Source: Candidatus Anstonellaceae archaeon
GTDB taxonomy: Archaea; Micrarchaeota; Micrarchaeia; Anstonellales; Anstonellaceae
Assembly (NCBI GenBank): GCA_038891055.1
Contig: JAWAEU010000003.1
Span: 26,856 to 90,855 of the forward strand
DNA length: 64,000 nucleotides
Direction of reading: 5' to 3'
This document shows, piece by piece, positions 38,473 to 47,342 of this stretch; within the stretch, counting starts at the first letter, position 1; each line of letters opens with the position of its first letter. Made by a program: the position numbers and the translations under genes. Under the pieces are notes generated by a model. It saw only the letters and a program-made list of their open reading frames with translations, searched no databases and was not told where the DNA came from.

Positions 38473-39681
38473 ATGGAAGATTTATTTGTTTTATTTATAT
38501 TTTTCCTATCTATATTTTTAATATTTTTTAGAAATTTATTTGGAAATATTGAGCCATGGAAAATAATGGCAAGTGCAGCCTTTCTTTTAATTGCTACTGA
38601 CAATATAACTATCAATCAAGCTATTGAGCAAATCGACTGGTCTGTAATTGGATTTTTGTATTTTATGTTTGTGTTTTCAAAAGGATTGGAAGAGAGTGGG
38701 TATTTAAATAACCTATTAGCAGAAATTTTAAGCCATTTTAAAAAACCTTTTTGGATTTTTTGCAGTTTTGTATTTTTAGTTGGGGTTTCAAGCGCTCTTC
38801 TTTTAAATGATACCATTGCTATTATCGGCAGTCTAAGTGCTTTATTATTAGCAAAAATAAACAATATCAATCCAACGCCTCTAATAGTAGCCTTAGTTAT
38901 TGCAATTACCATAGGAAGCTCTGCTAGCCCAATAGGAAATCCACAAAATTTTATTATAGCCTCATCGGATCAATTCTCAGGACACAATCCATTTATAATT
39001 TTTTTTGAATATCTCGCAATACCTACAATTTTTTCTTTGGGGTTTCTTTCTTTGCTTTTGTGGTATTTTTTTCCCTCTCTACAAAAACTCTCTAAAACCC
39101 CGCATAAAATTCCACCACTTTCTAATGACTATAAAGCAGCTAAAATTGGTTTTTATACCTTAATTTTATTATCAGTACTTAGAATATTTTTTAATTTTCC
39201 ACTGTTTTTCATAGCTTTTGGTGTAGCATTAATTTATTTACTACTCACTCCAAAAAAGCAAAATATATTTAAAGCCGATTTTAAAACTTTAATTTTTTTC
39301 ATAGGGATGTTTATACTGATGGGCTCACTATTTAATACTGCTGCATTTAAAAAATTTTTTAGTGGGAAAGAAAATTTATCTAATCCTCTTACCATCATTC
39401 TCTCAAGTTTGTTTTTTTCTCAATTTCTCTCCAATGTTCCATTTGTAATACTATACTTAAAAACAGCAAATTTTCTTTCAATAAACGAATTGATTTTATT
39501 AGCAGCTAGTTCTACTCTGGCCGCAAATATTACTATTTTTGGGGGAGCAAGCAATATAATTGTTTTGCAAACCATAGAACAAAACAAAATAAAATTTCCA
39601 CTAAAGGAGTTTGTGATCTTTGGTATTAGTAGTACTATTTTTTACTTTTTATTTTTATTATCTATTTTTAAATTTTTATAA
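38473..39681 (+). CDS. ArsB/NhaD-superfamily permease
   Basis: 402 aa, polytopic, with an internal repeat; IDWSVIGFLYFMFVF is the family motif. Confidence 0.5.
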   Translation: MEDLFVLFIFFLSIFLIFFRNLFGNIEPWKIMASAAFLLIATDNITINQAIEQIDWSVIGFLYFMFVFSKGLEESGYLNNLLAEILSHFKKPFWIFCSFVFLVGVSSALLLNDTIAIIGSLSALLLAKINNINPTPLIVALVIAITIGSSASPIGNPQNFIIASSDQFSGHNPFIIFFEYLAIPTIFSLGFLSLLLWYFFPSLQKLSKTPHKIPPLSNDYKAAKIGFYTLILLSVLRIFFNFPLFFIAFGVALIYLLLTPKKQNIFKADFKTLIFFIGMFILMGSLFNTAAFKKFFSGKENLSNPLTIILSSLFFSQFLSNVPFVILYLKTANFLSINELILLAASSTLAANITIFGGASNIIVLQTIEQNKIKFPLKEFVIFGISSTIFYFLFLLSIFKFL

Positions 39682-39778
39682 TTCCTAAACTTTTTTAAAT
39701 TTTTTGTGTGAGGAAAAGTATATAAATATGTTGTTATATATAATAATATAATGTGTTTATAATAATAAAGGTGAGACA

Positions 39779-40852
39779 ATGCAATTTTTTAAAAAGGAAT
39801 TAAAACCACTAAAAAAATTTAAAAACTCCACCAAAAAGGTTTCGTTATTTTTTAAAAAAGCCCTATTGGGAATCTCTCTAACAAGTTGTCTTTTGAACAC
39901 TAGTTGCTTTAGAGAATCTGATTCTATATTAATTGCCACAAATAACCAAAAAAAGCCAAAGGTTATTTTGAATTACAAAGAGCAAAGAGTTGCACTCTAT
40001 GACTCTGTTGAAAAAAAATATATTGTAATTGATAGCTCTATTAAAAAATTAAGGCCTCTGCCTGGATCAACTGATAGTACTTCCATATTTTTAGTATCTA
40101 TCCCAAAAGATTCTCTTCAAGCCTTAATAGCAATGAATGATGGTTCTGGTTGGGTTACTTATAAATTTTCTCCTAATCAACAAGTCGCTAACTCCTATTC
40201 TCTTTCCAGTATAGAAGCAAATAATGGAGAAAAAAAAGTAGCAGTGATTAATTTTTATTCTCACCAAAATCAACTTATTCTTAATTCAGTCCAATTATTA
40301 TCAATTGGCAAAAATAGTTTTACTATTTATAACATAAATCAAAATACAAAGACAATAGACTCAATTACACAACAAGTTAATATTAATGATATATTTGTCG
40401 GCCAACCTACTCTTCAGTTAGTACAATCTCAAGAAAAATGGATTTTATGTCCTTTTAATTATAATAATTCTTCTTCAATAGTAAATGGTTTTTATTTAGT
40501 GGATCCTGGCAATATTAAAGTAAATATAGTAGTACATTTAAATAACTCTATGAAGGCAATCCAATCACAAATTAATCTAAATCAACCTACAAAAATTGAA
40601 ATTTCTGATGATAGAGGTAACAAAGTTTATTTTGGATTAAAAATAGTAAAACTAATATATTTTTCAGCTATGGGAATTTTAGGCCTTGGAGAAAACCCAT
40701 CTTATTTTCTGCAAATTGATAATGTTTCATTAAATGGAGAAAAATTACAACCACCTCAGCAAACAAAGCTTTCAAATAATAAAAAAGAAGGATTTAATTT
40801 TGCAGATTACAAAAATCAACTTAATATTATTATAGATAAATTAGATAAATAA
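39779..40852 (+). CDS. putative secreted lipoprotein, function unknown
   Basis: 357 aa. Signal peptide with lipobox-like LTSC; ribosome-binding site AAGGTGA upstream. Confidence 0.5.
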   Translation: MQFFKKELKPLKKFKNSTKKVSLFFKKALLGISLTSCLLNTSCFRESDSILIATNNQKKPKVILNYKEQRVALYDSVEKKYIVIDSSIKKLRPLPGSTDSTSIFLVSIPKDSLQALIAMNDGSGWVTYKFSPNQQVANSYSLSSIEANNGEKKVAVINFYSHQNQLILNSVQLLSIGKNSFTIYNINQNTKTIDSITQQVNINDIFVGQPTLQLVQSQEKWILCPFNYNNSSSIVNGFYLVDPGNIKVNIVVHLNNSMKAIQSQINLNQPTKIEISDDRGNKVYFGLKIVKLIYFSAMGILGLGENPSYFLQIDNVSLNGEKLQPPQQTKLSNNKKEGFNFADYKNQLNIIIDKLDK

Positions 40853-40854
40853 GA

Positions 40855-40997
40855 AAAGGTTTTAGCAAAAGGGAAAATTTGGGCAAACCCTTGGTAAAAT
40901 AGCCAACTGGTGCCTTCTGCCTTGGATCGCTTGCAGCCGTTGGCTATTTCTATCACCCCAACTTCTGCTCCAAATCCCAATTTTTGCTAAAACCTTT
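40855..40997. ncRNA. candidate structured RNA / long-range inverted repeat
   Basis: AAAGGTTTTAGCAAAA (40855-40870) is the exact reverse complement of TTTTGCTAAAACCTTT (40982-40997). Inside it is a perfect 9-bp stem ATAGCCAAC/GTTGGCTAT and a GGGCAAACCC hairpin. The segment is locally GC-enriched. Confidence 0.3.
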
Positions 40998-41086
40998 CTA
41001 TTTTTTTATAATTTTTTGCTTTTTGTGTAATGGGGTAGTTTTTTATTTTTTATTGTATTATTTATTTTTGGGTAGGTGAGAAAAAA

Positions 41087-41494
41087 ATGAAGCAAATATC
41101 TGTAGTAGTAGATAGCCAAATAGGAAAATTAGCTGATATCTCTTTTATTTTAGGAAAATCTAAAATAAATATAGAATCCATTTCTATGGGAGAGGCTGCA
41201 GGAAAATCAATAATCCATTTAACTGTAAAAAACTATGAAAAAGCATTGGAATTACTCAAAGCAAATGGTTATGAATGTTATTCCTCAGATGTATTTTTAG
41301 TTAAATTAAAAAATTCTCCTGGAGAGCTGGCAAAATTAACTAAGCTATTGGAAAAAGAAAAAATTAATATAGAAAATGTTACTGTTATAAACCAAGATCA
41401 GGAAAATTCTCTATATTCTCTAAAAGTGGATAAGGCGCAGAAAGCAGAAAAAATTCTAAAAGCCAACAACTATTTAGTAGAAGAAAATATTTAA
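41087..41494 (+). CDS. ACT-domain protein
   Basis: 135 aa with two beta-alpha-beta-beta-alpha-beta ACT-like units (ISVVVDSQIGKLADISFIL...). Confidence 0.55.
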   Translation: MKQISVVVDSQIGKLADISFILGKSKINIESISMGEAAGKSIIHLTVKNYEKALELLKANGYECYSSDVFLVKLKNSPGELAKLTKLLEKEKINIENVTVINQDQENSLYSLKVDKAQKAEKILKANNYLVEENI

Positions 41495-41547
41495 TTTTTT
41501 GTAAATACAAATATAAATAAAAATAATTTGCTTAGTTTATTTTGTTC

Positions 41548-41619
41548 AGCCCCCTCGTCTAGTGGTAAGGACGTCAGGCTCTGGACCTGAAGGCATCGGT
41601 TCAAATCCGGTGGGGGCTA
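41548..41619 (+). tRNA. tRNA-Gln(CTG)
   Basis: Hand-folded. Acceptor AGCCCCC/GGGGGCT, anticodon stem TCAGG/CCTGA with loop CTCTGGA, T-loop TTCAAAT. Confidence 0.75.
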
Positions 41620-41626
41620 AAAAAGT

Positions 41627-41699
41627 GGGCCCGTGGTGGAATGGCTAACACGTCTGCCTTACACGCAGAAGATTCTGAGTTCGATTCTCAGCGGGCCCA
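41627..41699 (+). tRNA. tRNA-Val(TAC)
   Basis: Acceptor GGGCCCG/CGGGCCC, anticodon stem TCTGC/GCAGA with loop CTTACAC, T-arm CTGAG-TTCGATT-CTCAG. Confidence 0.85.
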
Positions 41700-41766
41700 T
41701 TTTTTGAAGAGTTAAAAATATAAAGTTATTTTGATCAACTAAATAATTACAAGCCGAGGTGAAAAA

Positions 41767-41919
41767 ATGCAACTAAAAAATTGTAGTTCTTGTGGAAAAC
41801 AAACCAGACACTACGCCTTAATTTTTGATCCAAATTCAAATGGTTTTGTTATAAGGTGTAATCACTGTAGAGAGCTTTCTCTACCTTATACTTTTCCTTC
41901 TGGCCTAAAGGGCCCATAA
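41767..41919 (+). CDS. small Zn-ribbon protein (conserved partner upstream of aEF-1beta)
   Basis: 50-aa ORF MQLKNCSSCGKQTRHYALIFDPNSNGFVIRCNHCRELSLPYTFPSGLKGP with two CxxC pairs. Not in the supplied track. Confidence 0.5.
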   Translation: MQLKNCSSCGKQTRHYALIFDPNSNGFVIRCNHCRELSLPYTFPSGLKGP

Positions 41920-41941
41920 ATCTCTATTGCGGTGAGTAAAA

Positions 41942-42211
41942 ATGGGAGATGTATTAGTAAGATTTTCAATAATGCCAGATGATATGGAAAACTTTGATAA
42001 ATTAAAAGATAATGTTTTGAAAAAAGTCCAGTCTTTGTCATTGGTAAAAAAATATGATATAAAGGAGCAGGACATCGCATTTGGTATGAAATCTATTATT
42101 TTAAATGTAGTTGTACCTGATGATGCAGGAGGGGCTGATTTGTTAGAGCAGGAGCTTTCTTCTGTCAAACATCTCTCTTCTTTGGAAGTAACTTCTATGG
42201 ACAGATTATAA
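41942..42211 (+). CDS. aef1b: elongation factor 1-beta
   Basis: 89 aa. MGDVLVRFSIMPDD...IAFGMKSI...SSLEVTSM matches aEF-1beta. Confidence 0.8.
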   Translation: MGDVLVRFSIMPDDMENFDKLKDNVLKKVQSLSLVKKYDIKEQDIAFGMKSIILNVVVPDDAGGADLLEQELSSVKHLSSLEVTSMDRL

Positions 42212-42219
42212 TAGTATTT

Positions 42220-44511
42220 ATGTTAGTTTCAATCCATCTTATAAATTGGAAGTCCCATAAGGACTCTAAGCTATCCTTCAAACCAGGCACAAATTTTATA
42301 GTAGGCAAGATGGGAAGTGGAAAATCTTCAGTAGTGGACGCTATTTGTTTTTCTCTTTTTGGAACATTTCCAAAACTGTCTAGGAAAGAATGTAGTCTAA
42401 AGGATCTAAGAAATTTCAATTTACAATCAAGCCAGACCACAGTAGAATTAGAATTTTTAGTAGAAGAAAACAATACAAAAAAAACCTATAAAGTCATACG
42501 AGATGTTTTTGATTCCAAGGCTTATCTTTATTGTGAAGAAAAACTGATTTGCAGCGGCACAAATTTTGTAAATTCACATATTGAAAAAATTATTAAAGTA
42601 AATTATGATTTATTTACAAAGGCAGTTTATGGAGAGCAAAACAATTTAAATTATTGGTTGGACCTCCCACCATCAAAAAAGAAAGCACAATTAGATGATC
42701 TGTTAGGTTTAAACAAATTTGAGCAAGCAAGAGCTAATTTAATTAAGTATCTGAATAAAAGATTAGAAGAGCTTGACCTCATTGAAAAAGATATAAACTC
42801 AGACCACTCCAAAAAAATTCAAGAAGAATATTTAGCTTATCAAAAAAAGCTGGAAGAAAAAAACAACGAATTATTAATCTTAGAGTCTAACTTTAGAAAA
42901 TCAGATGAAGAGTATAAAAAGATACAGCTGCTTTATATAGAAAAAAAGAAAGTTTTAGACAGAGTTTTAGATTTAGAAAAAAACCTTTTCGTTTTGAATT
43001 CAAAGAAGACTTTCATAGAACAAGAATTAAAAAAGATCAAATTAGAGGATGAAGCAGTTCTCTTGCAAAAGATAGCTCAATTAGAAGAAGAATTAAAAAA
43101 ATTCTCACAAGTTTTATTACATTTAAAGAAAGAAATTAAAGAAAAAATAGTAGAACAACAAAAGCTTAATTATCTTATAGAAAAAACAAAAGAGAATAAA
43201 GAAAAGTTTGAATATCTCAAAAAAAAGTTATCCTCTCTTTTAGGAAATTTTTTGTCTTCTGAAGAATTAGAAAAAAAGATTTTTGAAATAGAAAAGCAAT
43301 TAGAGATCTTAAGTGGTACTCAACTTTCATTAAAGGGAGAAATAGAAGAGCAAAATTTATTTTTAGAAAGATTGAATAAAACCTCTACCTCTTTTTGCCC
43401 CCTTTGTGGCCAGGAATTAGGACAAAAAACAAAAGAGAATTTAATTGCAACTTATACCTCTAAGCTATCAGAAAATTTAGAAAGGCTAAAAGAAACTTCA
43501 CACTCCTTTTCCAACCTAAACAATCAGCTAAAATCTCTAAAAACAAATTTGTTAGAAATAAAAAATATAGAAGGGCAACTAAGACAACTTTCTATTTTGG
43601 AGGACTTAGAAAATTTAAAAATTAAATCACAAGAATTAAATTCTTATATTTTAGCTAAAGAACAAGAACAAAAGAATTTAGAACAAAAAGTGCAATCAAT
43701 AGATAGAGAGTTATTTATATTAAAACAGACTTACAAAGAATTAGAAAAAAAGAAAAATTTAGAAAAAGATTTAGAAAAGACCGAAGAGGAGATTCAGAGA
43801 ATTTCAAAAGAATTAAATTCCTTATCATTCTCAAAAAAAGAGATTGATGACCTTTCAAAAGAATTAGAGAGAGCTTTAGAGAATAAAACTACACTAGAGC
43901 AGAAATTAAAGACGCAAAAAGAACTTCTGCAAAATCTACAACAAATAAGTTTTATATATAAAACTCAATTGGATGAATTAGAAAAAAAGAAAATAAGACA
44001 GGCAAATCTATTAGATGAAATAGATCTATTGAGGTCTTTTGAAAAGGTTTTAATAGCTACTCAAATACAACTTAGGGAGTATATCTTATTTAGATTAAAT
44101 AGTGCTCTTCAAATGCTCTGGCCTATTCTCTATCCTTACTCTGATTGGTCAAACCTTAGAATCTCTTCTTCTCAAAAAGGTTACTTAATAGAATTGTATC
44201 AAAATGATTGGAGGGATGTAGAAGTTTTTCCATCAGGTGGGGAACGTGCATGTGTAGCTTTATGTCTAAGGGTTGCTCTAGCACTTTTGTTAACACCATC
44301 TCTCAGTTGGATTATATTGGATGAACCAACGCATAATTTAGATAATAATGCAGTTTCTAGATTATCTGAAGCTCTTAATAATAAATTACCAAATTTAGTG
44401 AAGCAAATTTTAGTTATAACCCATGACGAGAGATTAGTAAATTTTGGTTATTCTCAACTAATTAAAATAGATAGAGAAAAAACTCAAAACTCCTTTAGTG
44501 TTATTTCCTGA
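42220..44511 (+). CDS. rad50: Rad50-like SMC-family ATPase with CxxC zinc hook
   Basis: 763 aa. N-terminal Walker A GKMGSGKSS, a long coiled coil, the mid-protein hook FCPLCGQEL, the C-terminal signature SGGE, Walker B ILDEPTHNLD and H-loop ITHDE. Confidence 0.75.
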   Translation: MLVSIHLINWKSHKDSKLSFKPGTNFIVGKMGSGKSSVVDAICFSLFGTFPKLSRKECSLKDLRNFNLQSSQTTVELEFLVEENNTKKTYKVIRDVFDSKAYLYCEEKLICSGTNFVNSHIEKIIKVNYDLFTKAVYGEQNNLNYWLDLPPSKKKAQLDDLLGLNKFEQARANLIKYLNKRLEELDLIEKDINSDHSKKIQEEYLAYQKKLEEKNNELLILESNFRKSDEEYKKIQLLYIEKKKVLDRVLDLEKNLFVLNSKKTFIEQELKKIKLEDEAVLLQKIAQLEEELKKFSQVLLHLKKEIKEKIVEQQKLNYLIEKTKENKEKFEYLKKKLSSLLGNFLSSEELEKKIFEIEKQLEILSGTQLSLKGEIEEQNLFLERLNKTSTSFCPLCGQELGQKTKENLIATYTSKLSENLERLKETSHSFSNLNNQLKSLKTNLLEIKNIEGQLRQLSILEDLENLKIKSQELNSYILAKEQEQKNLEQKVQSIDRELFILKQTYKELEKKKNLEKDLEKTEEEIQRISKELNSLSFSKKEIDDLSKELERALENKTTLEQKLKTQKELLQNLQQISFIYKTQLDELEKKKIRQANLLDEIDLLRSFEKVLIATQIQLREYILFRLNSALQMLWPILYPYSDWSNLRISSSQKGYLIELYQNDWRDVEVFPSGGERACVALCLRVALALLLTPSLSWIILDEPTHNLDNNAVSRLSEALNNKLPNLVKQILVITHDERLVNFGYSQLIKIDREKTQNSFSVIS

Positions 44512-44519
44512 TTTTATAT

Positions 44520-45257
44520 TTATTCATAGTATTTTTTATAATAATTTTTATATAGGTTAATTATTTTTTGTTTTTCTTTTTCTTCTTCAGTCTTATTTTC
44601 AAAAGATTTTAGATAGTGGTCTATATATATTTCTAGTTCTTTTTCTCTAACCAGGCCATTATTTTTTAAATTACATAAAAATAATGCAAATTCGTGATAT
44701 CCATCTTTAATACTTTTTGTTATTCTCAATTGTGCGGGGGGCCCAAATACAGCAGTGTTATCTGTAATTTTTTTATAAATGTTTGATAGAGAAACATCCC
44801 CTAAGGCAATCTGTCGTTCATGTAATTTTGCCAAATTAAAAATATATGAGCCAATAATTCTATTTTTTTCTTTTCTTCTTTTTTTGATACTCTGAAGGTC
44901 AAGGTCATCTACTACTCTATCTTTTAAGCCTATTAAGTAAACCTTTGAGGGGCGACTAAAATAATTTAGTTTTTCTATTTTTATTGCTGCGAGTGGTTGT
45001 AGAAAAATCTTTGCCAAGTAGTTGTTTTGAAATCTAAGTTCTCTCATCAATTCAAATATTGCTTGTGCTTGCTCTAAGCTTTGAGCATGAAAAAATACAT
45101 AAGTATTTTCTTTTTTTGTAATACAAAATCTTCTAGAAAGTTTTTTTATATTAAATAGTGGTATTTGGTATCTACTATTTATAGGATAGACTTCAAAATT
45201 GTTTATCTTTTTTTGTTTATTATTCTTATGGCTAAGCCTAAGGTTTAGTTTAGACAT
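44520..45257 (-). CDS. hypothetical protein with degenerate RIO/Bud32/Kdo-kinase-like catalytic-loop motif
   Basis: 245 aa. LAKLHERQIALGDVSLSNIY resembles the LH..GxxHxDLxxxNI catalytic loop, with His replaced by Leu. A VFG motif sits 19 residues downstream of the Asp where DFG is expected. No Gly-rich loop. Confidence 0.4.
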   Translation of the reverse strand: MSKLNLRLSHKNNKQKKINNFEVYPINSRYQIPLFNIKKLSRRFCITKKENTYVFFHAQSLEQAQAIFELMRELRFQNNYLAKIFLQPLAAIKIEKLNYFSRPSKVYLIGLKDRVVDDLDLQSIKKRRKEKNRIIGSYIFNLAKLHERQIALGDVSLSNIYKKITDNTAVFGPPAQLRITKSIKDGYHEFALFLCNLKNNGLVREKELEIYIDHYLKSFENKTEEEKEKQKIINLYKNYYKKYYE

Positions 45258-45344
45258 CTTCCTCCCAATTACCTTTATTGTAAAAAAATATTTTTAAATG
45301 GATGTTCCATCTATGGTAAAAAGAACAATTCTAAAAAAATTAAA

Positions 45345-47342
45345 ATGAAAATTTTTAAAGTTGTTATGAGTTATAAAAATATGAAATTTGCCTATGTTTT
45401 TATTTTTTTTCTATTTTTTTTAGAACTTTTACTATCTAATCAAGTGAATTCAAATTTTTTAGAATTGGAAAAAGTTTTTGATTGTATGAACTGCACTATT
45501 TCTTTTTCTCCGATTTCAGCACTTTATTTTAATGGTTTGGTATATGTTTTGGATAGCAAAAATATTATTTATGCCTTAAATAGCAACAACTCTTTGGAAT
45601 TTTCTATAGGAAGAAATCAGCGCTATGAATTTATATCCGAGCCTCTTTCTTTTTCAACAGATGGTAATTTAATTTATGTCTTAGATCGAGAAAACAAAAA
45701 AATATTTTATTTTCTTTCACCCTCTGACTATGATTATATTGAATTTAATCTCTATCCATCATCGTTTTCGCCTTTTTTGGTTTTAGATAATAAGTTTTGG
45801 TTTTTAAACAAAGACAGTAGTTTTATTTTAAGTTTCGACCCTTCAAAAAAGAGTGTAGAGCAATATCTTTCCAAGGGAATAGGGGATGGTAAAATAAATG
45901 AGCCTCTAGATTTTACTTTTGCAAATAATTATTTTATAATAGCAGACACAAGAAATAGACGGGTGGAGTTATTTGACAAAAATCTAAATTTTGTTTCAAA
46001 TATAGGTTTAGGGCCAGGGGTGCTTTTAGAATATCCGAACTCTATAGTTGCAGATGAAGATTTTATATATGTTGCAGATTCTGTATTAAAATCTATTCTA
46101 TTATTTGATTATGAAGGTAATTTAATAAAAATGATAAATTATTCTGATTTAAATGTTTCTGAAGTTTCTGACTTATTTTTAAATTCCTCTCATCTTTTGC
46201 TAACAAGTCAGAAGAATAAAAAGATTCTCTCCCTTAAAATATATAAAAATAAAATTAATTTAGATCTGTATGAAAGACTAAATAAGTTAAATGAGGATAT
46301 AGAAAAATTTTCAAACGATTACTCAATTTTATTTAAGCATGCACCGCCGTCTTTTTATGAGGAATTTAGTTTTTTAGTTGCAGAATTTAGAGATCTGCAA
46401 AATTTATTTGACCAGCGAAAATTTTATGAAACAGAAAAGAATATTCCAATCTTTGAGGAAAAGTTTAGTAGGTTTTCTCAAAATTTTTATAAGCAATTGG
46501 ATTACTCCCTTAACAATTCACTTGGGGATTTATTAATAAAGATAAAAAATGTCACCAATGGAAGCCTTGTTTTAAGTTTGAAGGAGTATTTGGATGGTTG
46601 TTATTTACTCTTAGAAAAAAAAGACTATCTAGCTGTTGCAAAAAATATTGAATTAATAGAAAAAAAATTAGCTAATTATTATAACTCTACAAAATTAGAA
46701 AAAGAAGTAATAGCAGAAAAAATAATAACTGAAAATCTAACTATTAATCCTCAAGAGGAAACCCTCAAGGAGCAATATGATTCTTTCTATGAAAAAGTGA
46801 TCAAGAAAAAACAAGATTTGATTAGTAGGGCTAATGCTTTAAATTATTCTCTAAATTTATTTGTTTTAGACCAATACATAAAAGCTGCGGAAGTAGCTAA
46901 AAAAAATTCAGACTATAACTCTGGCCTAAATTATCTTTTAGAAGCAGATACTTCTCTAAGTTCTCTATACGAAAAAATTTTAGAATACGAGCAGACTATC
47001 GAAATTCTGGACGAATACAAAAAAAATATTTCATCACTGATAAATTCTCCCGATTCATTTTCTATGATTAAACTCTCTAAGGCATATATAATAGCTCAAA
47101 CAAATTCTACCCTGGCTATTGAGGAGGCAAAAAAAGCTTTAGAACTCGCACAAAATGAAAACCAATTTATATCGCTATTTCCCTCTCCAAGAGTTTATGC
47201 TATTTTTCTTTTCTTGTTTATTTTGGGCTCAATTGTAATTATGGGTTTAATAATCTTTGCATTAATTAAATCAAGTTTAAATAAAAGAAAAAAACAACAA
47301 GCCGAGATAATCATCATAAAAAAGGCAAAGAGGCTAAGGTGA
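45345..47342 (+). CDS. membrane-anchored NHL-repeat beta-propeller protein with long helical C-terminal region
   Basis: 665 aa. N-terminal TM/signal, NHL-like repeats (...YVLDSKN.IY, ...IADTRNRRVELFD, ...YVADSVLKSILLFD), and a C-terminal TM. Confidence 0.5.
   Translation: MKIFKVVMSYKNMKFAYVFIFFLFFLELLLSNQVNSNFLELEKVFDCMNCTISFSPISALYFNGLVYVLDSKNIIYALNSNNSLEFSIGRNQRYEFISEPLSFSTDGNLIYVLDRENKKIFYFLSPSDYDYIEFNLYPSSFSPFLVLDNKFWFLNKDSSFILSFDPSKKSVEQYLSKGIGDGKINEPLDFTFANNYFIIADTRNRRVELFDKNLNFVSNIGLGPGVLLEYPNSIVADEDFIYVADSVLKSILLFDYEGNLIKMINYSDLNVSEVSDLFLNSSHLLLTSQKNKKILSLKIYKNKINLDLYERLNKLNEDIEKFSNDYSILFKHAPPSFYEEFSFLVAEFRDLQNLFDQRKFYETEKNIPIFEEKFSRFSQNFYKQLDYSLNNSLGDLLIKIKNVTNGSLVLSLKEYLDGCYLLLEKKDYLAVAKNIELIEKKLANYYNSTKLEKEVIAEKIITENLTINPQEETLKEQYDSFYEKVIKKKQDLISRANALNYSLNLFVLDQYIKAAEVAKKNSDYNSGLNYLLEADTSLSSLYEKILEYEQTIEILDEYKKNISSLINSPDSFSMIKLSKAYIIAQTNSTLAIEEAKKALELAQNENQFISLFPSPRVYAIFLFLFILGSIVIMGLIIFALIKSSLNKRKKQQAEIIIIKKAKRLR

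Noticed and set aside
42220-44511. Rad50-like gene as an SMC-type defence ATPase (Lamassu/Wadjet-like)
   Set aside because: A canonical Rad50 zinc hook (CPLCG) and ABC signature are present. No adjacent nuclease or effector genes. Housekeeping neighbours (aEF1B, tRNAs).
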